This document shows, in pieces, positions 1 to 8,158 of a DNA stretch of 64,000 bases. A model generated the notes under the pieces. It had not been told where the DNA came from and made no database searches. It saw nothing but the letters and a program-made list of their open reading frames with translations. The position numbers and the translations under genes were made by a program. The stretch is from the NCBI GenBank assembly GCA_022821445.1, contig JAJEDQ010000038.1, positions 7,312 to 71,311 on the forward strand, read 5' to 3'. This stretch comes from Acidimicrobiia bacterium. GTDB taxonomy: Bacteria > Actinomycetota > Acidimicrobiia > Acidimicrobiales > Bin134. Numbering within the stretch: the first letter of the stretch is position 1; each line of letters begins with the position of its first letter.

Positions 1-1064
1 AGCCGCTTGACCTCCAACTCCTCGTTCCACAGCGACAACGTGACGGCCATCCCCGACTCTCCGGCCCGGGCGGTACGCCCCGAGCGGTGCAGGTAGGTCT
101 TGTGGTCGGGCGGCGGGTCGTAGTGGATCACCACGTCCACATCGTCGATATGCAGCCCCCGGGCGGCCACGTCGGTGGCCACCAGCGCCTGGATCTCGCC
201 GGACATGAACCGGGCCAGCGAGTGCTCCCGGGCCTTCTGGCGGAGATCGCCGTGGATGGGCTCGGCCCGCACGTTCTCGGCCTTGAGCTTGCGGCTGAGG
301 CGATCGCACCCATGACGGGTGGCGGAGAACACCAGCGTGCGCTTGGAGGCCCGGATGATGGCTGCGGCCACCTTGACCTTGTCCATCTCGTGGACGGCCA
401 CAAACCGATGCTGCATCTCGTCCACCGTCACCTGCCGGGACTGGACCTCGTGGCGAACCGGGTCGCTTTGGTAGCGGCGGACCAGCGCATCTACCGCCCC
501 GTCCAAAGTGGCGGAGAACAGCATGGTCTGGTGGCGGGCCTCCACATGGCGCAGAATCCACTCCACCTGGGGCAAGAACCCCATGTCGGCCATGCGGTCG
601 GCCTCGTCCACCACCACGATCTCCAACTTGGCCACCGACACTGCTTTGCGGTCGATCAGGTCGATGAGCCGTCCGGGGGTGGCCACGATGATGTCCAGGC
701 CGGAGTTGATCTTCTTGATCTGGGCCTCGATGGGGGCCCCGCCGTAGACCGGGGCCAGATCGAGGTTGCGGCTCCGGGCCAGCGGACGCAGCTCCTTGGC
801 CACCTGCACGGCCAACTCCCGGGTGGGAACCAGGATCAGGCCGCGCACCCAGTGGGAGTCGGCCCGGGACAGGTTCTCCACCAGGGGAAGGCCAAAGGCC
901 AGGGTCTTGCCCGAGCCGGTTTTGGCCTTGCCGCACACGTCCAAGCCGGCGAGCGCGTCGGGGATGGTGAGAGCTTGAATGGGAAACGGGGTCTCAATGC
1001 CCCGTTCTTTGAGCGAGGCCACCAGGTCTGAGGCCACGCCCAAAACGCGGAATTCTTCTGTCAT
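1..1064 (-). CDS. DEAD-box ATP-dependent RNA helicase (C-terminus runs off the left edge of the window)
   Basis: Hand translation of the minus strand from ATG (rc of cat 1062-1064) gives MTEEFRVLGVASDLV... Motifs seen: AKTGSGKT (motif I), PTRELA, VVDEADRM (DEAD), SAT, HRSGRTARAG (motif VI). It is absent from the ORF track because no stop lies inside the window. The 87..1031 + ORF is its antisense shadow. Confidence 0.9.
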   Translation of the reverse strand, partial: MTEEFRVLGVASDLVASLKERGIETPFPIQALTIPDALAGLDVCGKAKTGSGKTLAFGLPLVENLSRADSHWVRGLILVPTRELAVQVAKELRPLARSRNLDLAPVYGGAPIEAQIKKINSGLDIIVATPGRLIDLIDRKAVSVAKLEIVVVDEADRMADMGFLPQVEWILRHVEARHQTMLFSATLDGAVDALVRRYQSDPVRHEVQSRQVTVDEMQHRFVAVHEMDKVKVAAAIIRASKRTLVFSATRHGCDRLSRKLKAENVRAEPIHGDLRQKAREHSLARFMSGEIQALVATDVAARGLHIDDVDVVIHYDPPPDHKTYLHRSGRTARAGESGMAVTLSLWNEELEVKR

Positions 1065-1127
1065 CTTTGAGTGGGGCGGCGGAAGTAAGCGGAATGATCG
1101 CCAGCCCGCTCCGTAAGGATACCGGCT

Positions 1128-2003
1128 TCAGGTCTCCAACGGGATGTTTTCCGGCTCTTCGGGGACCGCTTCGCCGGCCTCGGGCTCTTCGGGGACCGGC
1201 TCATCAGACTCGGCGTCGTCACCGTCGCCTCGACCCCAGAGCAGAAAGGCCACCGAGCCGATGATCAGGGCCAGCATCACCCAGATGTTCACCCGCACTC
1301 CGGCCAGCTCGCTGGCGAAGTCCACCCTGATGAACTCGATCCACAACCGCCCCAGCGAATAGCCCAGCACGTACAGCCCGAACAGGCGGCCCGGCTTGAG
1401 CTTGAAGCGCTTGCCCACCCACAGCAAGACCCCAACCAAGGCCAGGTTCCAGACGCATTCGTACAAAAAGGTGGGGTGGAAGGTGTCGTCGTCGAGGTAT
1501 TGCAGCCGGCGGTGTTCGGGATCGATCTCCAATGCCCACGGCAGGTCGGTGGGCCGCCCGTACAGCTCCTGGTTGAACCAGTTGCCCCATCGCCCGATGG
1601 CTTGGCCCAATGGCAGGGCGGGGGCCGCCGAGTCGGCGATGTCGGACAGGGGGATTCCCTTCTGCCGGGCATACACCCACATCACCGCCGCGGCTGCGGC
1701 CACCCCGCCGGGAATGCCCAAGCCCCCTTCCCAGATCTGCCACGCCTCGCCCCAGTTCCCCTGGTAGGCCTTCCAATCGGTGACCACGTGGTAGATCCTC
1801 GACCCGATCAGACCGGCGATCACCGCCCACACCGTGGTCGAGCTGGCCAGCTCCGGGGAATGGCCCCGCTGGGTGAGCCGCCGGTGGAACAGCCACCATG
1901 CGGCCAGAACGCAGAGGGCGATCATCAGGCCGTAGGCCCGCAGTTCCAAAGAGCCGATATCCAGACTGCTTGAGCCCGGACTGGGAATCGCTGCTGGCGT
2001 CAC
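1128..2003 (-). CDS. lgt: Prolipoprotein diacylglyceryl transferase with an acidic Pro/Glu-rich C-terminal tail
   Basis: The 291-aa ORF is multi-pass hydrophobic and has the Lgt signature GRWGNWFNQELYGRPT plus GLGIPGG. The tail EPVPEEPEAGEAVPEEPE is encoded by a 15-bp motif CTCTTCGGGGACCG repeated at a 30-bp period (about 1153-1197). Confidence 0.9.
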   Translation of the reverse strand: MTPAAIPSPGSSSLDIGSLELRAYGLMIALCVLAAWWLFHRRLTQRGHSPELASSTTVWAVIAGLIGSRIYHVVTDWKAYQGNWGEAWQIWEGGLGIPGGVAAAAAVMWVYARQKGIPLSDIADSAAPALPLGQAIGRWGNWFNQELYGRPTDLPWALEIDPEHRRLQYLDDDTFHPTFLYECVWNLALVGVLLWVGKRFKLKPGRLFGLYVLGYSLGRLWIEFIRVDFASELAGVRVNIWVMLALIIGSVAFLLWGRGDGDDAESDEPVPEEPEAGEAVPEEPENIPLET

Positions 2004-2074
2004 CTATCCACTCTGCCACGCGGCGATCCCGTTCACTTATCCCAGACCTCGGGCGATCTGATTAGATTCTCCCC

Positions 2075-2530
2075 ATGATCGACAGCGCGCGACAGATAGA
2101 AAATCTGATGTACACCTACGCCGAGCGGATCGATGCCGGCAACCTGGAGGGGGTGGCCGACCTGTTCGCCGACGGGCGCATCCGCGCTGCCCCCGACACG
2201 CCGTTCGAGCAGACGGTTGTCGGACGCGACGCAGTGCTGGTCATGTACCAGAATTCAACCCGCATCTACCCATGCGGCACCCCTCGCACCAAGCATGTGA
2301 CCACCAACGCCATCATCGAGACCGATGACGACGCCGGTGCAGGGTCTGCTCGCTCCTATTACACCGTCTTCCAGCAGCTCGACGATTTCCCGCTCCAACC
2401 CATCATCACCGGCCGCTACCACGACACCTTCCACCGCATCGATGGGGAGTGGTGCTTTGACACCCGAATCATGCTGGTAGACCAGATGGGCGACCTGAGC
2501 CGCCACCTGCTGTTCGAGTTAGACCAGTAG
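2075..2530 (+). CDS. SnoaL-like / NTF2-fold protein (ring-hydroxylating dioxygenase beta-subunit-like)
   Basis: The 151-aa ORF has an N-terminus IENLMYTYAERIDAGNLEGVADLFADG typical of SnoaL_4/NTF2-like proteins. Assignment is at family level only. Confidence 0.6.
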   Translation: MIDSARQIENLMYTYAERIDAGNLEGVADLFADGRIRAAPDTPFEQTVVGRDAVLVMYQNSTRIYPCGTPRTKHVTTNAIIETDDDAGAGSARSYYTVFQQLDDFPLQPIITGRYHDTFHRIDGEWCFDTRIMLVDQMGDLSRHLLFELDQ

Positions 2531-2533
2531 CCC

Positions 2534-3328
2534 TTGACCTCCGCGACCAACCTCACGCCCGCCAACCTGTTCGGCCTCGACGGCAAGATCGCCCTGGTTA
2601 CCGGGGGCGGACGGGGCATCGGGGCCATGATTGCCGAAGGCCTCCTGGGCGCGGGCGCCCGGGTGGTCATCTCCTCCCGTCGACAAGACCAGCTCGATGA
2701 GGCGGTTGAGGAGATGTCGGGCATCGGCCCCGTGGAGGCCATCGCCGCCGATCTGTCCACCCAGCAGGGGTGCGAGGGGTTGGTCGATGCGGTGGGCGAG
2801 CGCACCGACCATCTGGACATCCTCATCAACAACGCCGGGGCCACCTGGGGGGCGCCGATGCGGGAGTTCCCCGACTCGGCTTGGGACAAGGTGATGAACC
2901 TCAACGTGAAGGGGGTATTCCAACTCACCGTGGCCCTGCTGCCCCTTCTGGAGGCTGCGGCCACTCCTGAAGACCCCGCCCGGGTGATAAATCTGGGCTC
3001 GATTCAGGGGCTCCAGGCCCCCGACATCGAGAACTACTCCTACTCGGCCAGCAAGGCCGCGGTCCACCACATGACCCGGGTGCTGGCCAAGAAGCTGGGG
3101 CCCAGCCACATCACAGTCAACGCCATCGCCCCAGGGGCGTTCTACACCAAGATGATGGCCCATACCCTGGACAATTTCGGCGATGAGATCGCTGCGGCCA
3201 CCGCCTTGGGACGGCTGGGGCAGCCTGAGGACATGGCCGGAGCGGCGATATTCCTCTCGGGGCGGGGCGGGTCGTATCTCACCGGCGCGGTCATCCCGGT
3301 GGACGGCGGCTACGCCACCACCCTGTAG
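2534..3328 (+). CDS. Short-chain dehydrogenase/reductase (SDR) family oxidoreductase
   Basis: 264 aa with a Rossmann motif VTGGGRGIGAMIA, NNAG, and catalytic YSASKAAVHHM (YxxxK). It starts 4 nt after the previous stop. Confidence 0.85.
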   Translation: MTSATNLTPANLFGLDGKIALVTGGGRGIGAMIAEGLLGAGARVVISSRRQDQLDEAVEEMSGIGPVEAIAADLSTQQGCEGLVDAVGERTDHLDILINNAGATWGAPMREFPDSAWDKVMNLNVKGVFQLTVALLPLLEAAATPEDPARVINLGSIQGLQAPDIENYSYSASKAAVHHMTRVLAKKLGPSHITVNAIAPGAFYTKMMAHTLDNFGDEIAAATALGRLGQPEDMAGAAIFLSGRGGSYLTGAVIPVDGGYATTL

Positions 3329-3343
3329 GCAGGGTGGTGGCCC

Positions 3344-4228
3344 ATGTCCCCCGTGTTCATCGAGGTCCGGGCCAACGAGTACACCGGCCGAGAGGCCAAC
3401 CCCTACGTCCCCTGGTCGATTGACGAGCTGATCGCCGATGCTGTGGCGTGCGCCGAGGCCGGGGCGTCGGTCTACCACTTCCACGGCCGGGATGCGGCCA
3501 CCGGGGCGCCGGTGTGGGACGCCGACACGCTGGGGTCGGTGATCGCCGGAGTGCGCGACGCCTGCGATCTGATCCTGATGCCCACGCTCGGCGCCTCCAC
3601 CGTTCCCGATCCCCATGCCCGGCTGGCCCCCGTGCTGGAACTGGCCGCCGATCCGGCCACCCGGCCCGAACTGGCCCCCATCGACCTGGGCAGCTTCAAC
3701 ATCGACCCCTACGACCCGGCCACCGGCGCATTCGGCAACCCCGACATCGTGTACGCGACCCCGCTGCGGGCGCTGCGGGAGATGGTGGCCGACGTGGCGG
3801 AGGCCGGGATGAAGCCGATGGGCGCGCTGTGGACGGTGGGATCGGCCCGGCTGCTGTCGGCCTTCTTGGACACCGGGGACATGGCCGCACCGGCCTACGG
3901 GGAGGTGACCCTGTCGGACTCGTGGCTGTCGGGGCATCCGGCCACAGTGGACGGGCTGGACGCCATGACCCGGTTCTTGCCCCACGACGGCCGGGTGGTG
4001 TGGGGTTGCCTGGCCTACGGTGCCGACCTGCGGCCCTTGGCGGCGGAGGTGATCGGCCGAGGCGGGCACCTCATCGCCGGACTGGGCGACTACCCCTACT
4101 TGGAGTTGGGCACCCCTTCGAACGCCGACATCGTGGCCGCGCTGGCCGGCTGCATCGCTGACGCGGGAGCCGAGTTGGCCACCGCGCCACAGACTCGGGC
4201 GCTTCTGGGCCTGGAACCAGCTTCCTAG
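3344..4228 (+). CDS. Beta-keto acid cleavage enzyme family protein (BKACE / DUF849, 3-keto-5-aminohexanoate cleavage-like)
   Basis: 294 aa. The N-terminal pattern ...PYVPWSIDELIADAVACAEAGASVYHFHGRD... is characteristic of DUF849 TIM-barrel enzymes. Confidence 0.7.
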   Translation: MSPVFIEVRANEYTGREANPYVPWSIDELIADAVACAEAGASVYHFHGRDAATGAPVWDADTLGSVIAGVRDACDLILMPTLGASTVPDPHARLAPVLELAADPATRPELAPIDLGSFNIDPYDPATGAFGNPDIVYATPLRALREMVADVAEAGMKPMGALWTVGSARLLSAFLDTGDMAAPAYGEVTLSDSWLSGHPATVDGLDAMTRFLPHDGRVVWGCLAYGADLRPLAAEVIGRGGHLIAGLGDYPYLELGTPSNADIVAALAGCIADAGAELATAPQTRALLGLEPAS

Positions 4229-4240
4229 GCCGGGATCCAG

Positions 4241-5854
4241 TCAGGCCGCGTCCAGCACCCGGACCAGCAGCACGCCTTCGGGGGCATCGAGGCCAATGGC
4301 CGACTCGACTACCGCACCGGCGGCCTGCTGGGAGGAGAACGCGAGTCGCCACTGCCCCGGCGGCAGTCGGAAATCGGTGGGGACATCGCCCACGTTGAGA
4401 GCGCACACGGTGTCGCCCCGCCGGAAGCCGATCACCGGCGCCGACCGGTCGGTCAGCCACTCCAGCTCGCCAGCGTGGAGGTCGCCTAGCCCACGGCGCA
4501 GAGCGAGAAGCTCCTGGTACTTGTAGAGCACCGAGCCGGGATCGTCGCGCTGGGCTGAGACGGTGTCGGCATCGTCTCTGTCGACGGGAAGCCACGGCTC
4601 GGGCCCATCGGTGAACCCGCCCGTCGGCCCCGGCGACCACGGCATCGGAGTGCGGCATCCGTCCCGGCCGTCGGCGGGGTTCTGATTCCGGACGGCCACT
4701 GGGTCTTGGCGCTGGTCGAGAGGCACGTCCGCCTCTTCGAGGCCCAGCTCATCGCCCTGGTAGAGGAATGGCAGGCCGGGCAGGGCGAACAGCAGCACGC
4801 AGTATGCCAGCGACCGCGACCGGCCCAGCTCGCCGCCGCCCAACCGGGTGGGCGCCCGGGGGTCGTCGTGGCTGCTGATGGCCCAGGACAAGTCTCGGGG
4901 AGCAGCGTCGAGCGCATCGCGGAACGTGGACCACATAGCCGATGGGTCCCAGGGCGTGTGCATGGGGGCGAAGTAGAAGGCCCGGTGCAGCCCGTCTTGG
5001 TTGGCCACATACCGGCTCACTTGATTGGGATTGTTGTCCCTCAGGTAGACCTCCCCCAGAAGCAGGGCGTCATAGCGCTCCGCGATGGCCCTCCAGCGGC
5101 GGTAGATGGCGGTGTTGCCCGCCTGGTCGAGGTCGTAGCGATGGTCGTAGCAGCCGAACGCCTGGCGAGGGCTCATGTCCGGGGTGACCGGGAACCGCTG
5201 CGGGTTGTCGGGCATGAGCATGTTCTTGACCAGGCCATGGGCCACGTCCACCCGAAAGCCGTCCGCGTCGCGGTCCAGCCAGAACGTGAGCACATCGTCG
5301 AACTCCCGCACCAGGTTGGGGTTGGCCCAGTTCAAGTCGGGCTGCTCGGGCAAGAACAGATGCAGGTAGTACTGCTCGGAGGCCTCGTCGAAAGTCCAGG
5401 CCGGCCCCCCGAAGTGCGATATCCAGTTGTTGGGGGGCCCGCCGCCCAGCGCGGGGTCCCGCCAGTGGTAGTAGCCCCGCTTGGGGTCATCAGGACTGGA
5501 CTTCGAAGCCTGGAACCAGGGGTGCTGGTCGGAGGAGTGGTTGGGAACCAGGTCGATGAGCACCCGCAGTCCCAGCCGATGGGCCTCGGCGATGCAGGCG
5601 TCGAAGTCGTCCAGCGTGCCGAACAGGGGGTCGACGCCGGTGTAGTCGGCCACGTCGTAGCCGAAATCGCACATGGGCGACGGGTAGAAGGGGGTGATCC
5701 ACACGATGCCCACCCCCAGCCAGGCCAGATAGTCCAGCTTCTCGGTGAGGCCGGGAAAGTCCCCCACCCCGTCGCCGTTGCCATCGGCGAACGAGCGGAT
5801 GTACACCTCGTAGCCCACTTCACGGTCCCACCAGCGCAGGTTGTTCTGAGCCAT
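4241..5854 (-). CDS. GH13 alpha-glucosidase / oligo-1,6-glucosidase family protein
   Basis: 537 aa with WWDREVGYEVYIRSFADGNGDGVGDFPGLTEKLDYLAWLGV..., DLVPNHSS, GFRVDVAH and the EVY... conserved regions of the alpha-amylase family. Confidence 0.85.
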   Translation of the reverse strand: MAQNNLRWWDREVGYEVYIRSFADGNGDGVGDFPGLTEKLDYLAWLGVGIVWITPFYPSPMCDFGYDVADYTGVDPLFGTLDDFDACIAEAHRLGLRVLIDLVPNHSSDQHPWFQASKSSPDDPKRGYYHWRDPALGGGPPNNWISHFGGPAWTFDEASEQYYLHLFLPEQPDLNWANPNLVREFDDVLTFWLDRDADGFRVDVAHGLVKNMLMPDNPQRFPVTPDMSPRQAFGCYDHRYDLDQAGNTAIYRRWRAIAERYDALLLGEVYLRDNNPNQVSRYVANQDGLHRAFYFAPMHTPWDPSAMWSTFRDALDAAPRDLSWAISSHDDPRAPTRLGGGELGRSRSLAYCVLLFALPGLPFLYQGDELGLEEADVPLDQRQDPVAVRNQNPADGRDGCRTPMPWSPGPTGGFTDGPEPWLPVDRDDADTVSAQRDDPGSVLYKYQELLALRRGLGDLHAGELEWLTDRSAPVIGFRRGDTVCALNVGDVPTDFRLPPGQWRLAFSSQQAAGAVVESAIGLDAPEGVLLVRVLDAA

Positions 5855-5887
5855 GACCGGAGGCGCCTCTCTAACCGCAGCTCTTGC

Positions 5888-6982
5888 TCAGTTGAAGGCG
5901 ATTACGCTGCGCACCACGTCGCCGGCCTTCATGGCTTCGAAGCCGTCGTTCACGTCGTCGAGTCCAATGGTGGCCGACACCATCTCGTCGAGCATGAGGC
6001 GGCCATCGAGATAGAGATCGACGAGGCGGGGCATGTCCACCCGGAACACGTTCGACCCCATGAGCGACCCCTGTAGCCGCTTGTCGGACATGAACAGCTC
6101 CTGGCCCTCGATCTCCACCTTGGTTCCCGGCGGGATCATGCCCATAACGGTGGCCGTTCCGCCCCGGCGGATCATGCCGAACGCCTGCTGGGCGGTGAGC
6201 GCCAAGCCGATGGCCTCAAAGGAGTAGTCCACCCCGCCGCCGGTCAACTCCAATACCTGCTCTACCGGGTCGCCGTCGGCAGGGTTGACCGCGTGGGTGG
6301 CTCCCAGGCGCAGGGCGGTGTCCAGCTTCCGGGGCTCGATGTCCACCGCGATGATCTTGGTGGCGCCGGAGATGCGGGCGGCTTGGATCGACGACATGCC
6401 AACTCCGCCGCAGCCGATCACCGCCACCGAGGCGCCGGGCTCCACCCCGGCGGTGCGGAACACCGCGCCGGTGCCGGTAGTGACCCCGCAGCCGATGAGC
6501 GCGGCCCGGTCCAGCGGCATGTCGGCGCGAACCTTCACCACCGCGTTCTCGTGGACCAGCATCTGCTCGGCGAACGACGAGAGGTTGGCGAATTGGAACA
6601 CCTCCCGGCCATCACGGCTTAGCCGGGCGGGCTCGTCCTCGGAGCGGACACAGTCAACCCGGCTCTGGACGCACAGGTAGGGCTGGCCGCTCAGGCATGA
6701 GCCGCAGCGCCCGCAGAACACCGACAGGCAGCAGATGACGTGGTCGCCGGGCTTCACCTCGCGCACATCGGGGCCCACCGCTTCCACCACTCCGGCGGCC
6801 TCATGGCCGAGCACGATGGGGCGGGGAACCACCCAGCCCTCGGTCTCCATGAAGTGCAAGTCGCTGTGGCACAGCCCCGACGCCGCGGTCTGAATCAGCA
6901 CCTCGCTGCCGATCGGGGCGACCACGCCCACCTCGTCGACCACCAAGTCTTCCCGACCGTCCAAAAACAGCGCCGCTCTCAT
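5888..6982 (-). CDS. Zinc-dependent alcohol dehydrogenase (class III / formaldehyde-DH-like)
   Basis: Zn-ADH motifs GLCHSDLH and GHEAAGVV, a structural-Zn Cys cluster CGRCGSCLSG, and Rossmann GCGGVG. I place the start at ATG 6982 (MRAALFLDG...), preceded by GGAGGGG 5 nt upstream. The track ORF extends to 7015. Confidence 0.85.
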   Translation of the reverse strand: MRAALFLDGREDLVVDEVGVVAPIGSEVLIQTAASGLCHSDLHFMETEGWVVPRPIVLGHEAAGVVEAVGPDVREVKPGDHVICCLSVFCGRCGSCLSGQPYLCVQSRVDCVRSEDEPARLSRDGREVFQFANLSSFAEQMLVHENAVVKVRADMPLDRAALIGCGVTTGTGAVFRTAGVEPGASVAVIGCGGVGMSSIQAARISGATKIIAVDIEPRKLDTALRLGATHAVNPADGDPVEQVLELTGGGVDYSFEAIGLALTAQQAFGMIRRGGTATVMGMIPPGTKVEIEGQELFMSDKRLQGSLMGSNVFRVDMPRLVDLYLDGRLMLDEMVSATIGLDDVNDGFEAMKAGDVVRSVIAFN

Positions 6983-7078
6983 AGCTTCCCCTCCTGCACT
7001 TGTGACTGTCTGCAAACCCTAGAAGCCATCAGCATCTTCCGCTTCATCAGCCCTTAACCCATCGGATTTAGGAGCTCA

Positions 7079-7097
7079 ATCAATGTTAATAATTGAT
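7079..7097. promoter_or_regulatory. Perfect inverted repeat ATCAAT-N7-ATTGAT in the AT-rich region upstream of the three-gene cassette (candidate operator)
   Basis: ATCAAT at 7079-7084 and ATTGAT at 7092-7097, with spacer GTTAATA. It lies just upstream of a -35-like TTGACC, and the first cassette gene encodes an RHH-like N-terminus. Function is inferred. Confidence 0.35.
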
Positions 7098-7111
7098 ATA
7101 TCCCCTATTAT

Positions 7112-7140
7112 TTGACCCTGTACTCAATATATAGTACATA
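7112..7140 (+). promoter_or_regulatory. Candidate sigma70-type promoter: TTGACC (7112-7117), 17-nt spacer, TACATA (7135-7140)
   Basis: Hexamers and the 17-nt spacing were read directly from the sequence. The predicted TSS at about 7147-7148 coincides with the in-frame GTG at 7148, which would give a leaderless mRNA. This is the only strongly AT-rich stretch in the window. Confidence 0.3.
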
Positions 7141-8158
7141 TAACACGGTGACTACAGAGAGAATACTACGAATACCACTACCTATATCACTTATTCGCGA
7201 AATGGACGAACTGATCGCCGCAGGAGAGGGGGGCCTAGACAGCAGGGCTGATCTAGCCAGAGAGGCCATCGAAGCAATGGTCATGGAACTCCGATACGGG
7301 CTGGCCGAACCTGAAGCTCAGCAGCATCAAGACCCGATTCTCACAGACCCACGTCGAGGAGACATTGTTGATGTTTCTTTTACTTCGCTGGAGGCGCCGC
7401 TGGAGCTCAGCTACTTTGTCGAACCCCTACCTCCGTATGAGAAACCACCTCGTGGATTCCACAATCGCGACTACCCCTCTCTATGGGCTGCCGCTCAGCT
7501 TTGCCGCCTGCTCAATAGCGAATCGATGGCGTTCGATGCAATGGGCGACGCTCTGGTTGAGAAGGCATGGGCATTCGCCGAACAGCTTGTTCTCCTGGAC
7601 AATCTCATCCCTGGAAAACCGTCGGCACTGTTCCCCACCAACCCTCGAAAGAGGCAGTCGGCGGAAAGCAAATTCATGATGTTCGCTGTTGGAACGCTTA
7701 CTTCTGGCACGAGTGGCGAACCTCGGCCGAAAGGCGTGCTCTTCGCTTGGAAGGTGCTCAGCATGGAGATGACCCCTAGTGGCCCCAAAATCGGTTTGAC
7801 CCATATCGGACGAGACCTGCTCGACTCGATGGCAGGCCTAACGGTCGCCCAACAACATCCTCCCGAATACACGCGTCGTTTTCTCGCCCATTTGGCCCAG
7901 CACTCTCCCGGTGATTGGGAAGGCTTCAAACTCATGATGCATTCGGTCAGCCCAAGAATCGGCCGAGAGGAACTGATTGATGCATTCAACCTCCGCTGGT
8001 CCGAGTGGAATCGAACCGTCGCTTCCACCAATGCTGCCGGTTACATAGCGAGAGGACGTGAATGGGGACTCGTCGAAATGGGTCAGGTCGATAGGCGCTA
8101 CGTCCTCACCGAACTAGGCCAACAAGTGCTTTCAGAACAAGAGGCTTCTTATGACTGA
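7112..8158 (+). CDS. Hypothetical protein, cassette gene A: N-terminal ribbon-helix-helix-like segment and C-terminal winged-helix-like segment
   Basis: Long ORF in the lower-GC island. The N-terminus ERILRIPLPISLIREMDELIAAGEGGLDSRADLAREAIEAMV fits a strand-helix-helix (CopG/Arc-like) pattern. The C-terminus GYIARGREWGLVEMGQVDRRYVLTELGQQVL resembles a wHTH wing. The start is ambiguous: TTG 7112 (track), GTG 7148 (favoured if the promoter call is right) or ATG 7202. The stop overlaps the next start. Confidence 0.8.
   Translation: MTLYSIYSTYNTVTTERILRIPLPISLIREMDELIAAGEGGLDSRADLAREAIEAMVMELRYGLAEPEAQQHQDPILTDPRRGDIVDVSFTSLEAPLELSYFVEPLPPYEKPPRGFHNRDYPSLWAAAQLCRLLNSESMAFDAMGDALVEKAWAFAEQLVLLDNLIPGKPSALFPTNPRKRQSAESKFMMFAVGTLTSGTSGEPRPKGVLFAWKVLSMEMTPSGPKIGLTHIGRDLLDSMAGLTVAQQHPPEYTRRFLAHLAQHSPGDWEGFKLMMHSVSPRIGREELIDAFNLRWSEWNRTVASTNAAGYIARGREWGLVEMGQVDRRYVLTELGQQVLSEQEASYD

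Noticed and set aside
87-1031. Long ORFs in the six-frame track lie opposite to or out of frame with recognisable genes. Examples: 87..1031 +, 2519..4069 -, 4706..6076 +, 14332..15498 -, 16961..17902 +, 22201..23640 +, 26058..28113 +, 33506..34687 +, 39272..40771 +, 50379..51788 +, 62244..63416 +.
   Set aside because: Each overlaps a gene with clear family motifs on the other strand or in another frame. Their translations are Arg/Gly/Pro/His-rich low-complexity strings, typical of stop-poor shadow frames in high-GC DNA. None shows a recognisable motif.
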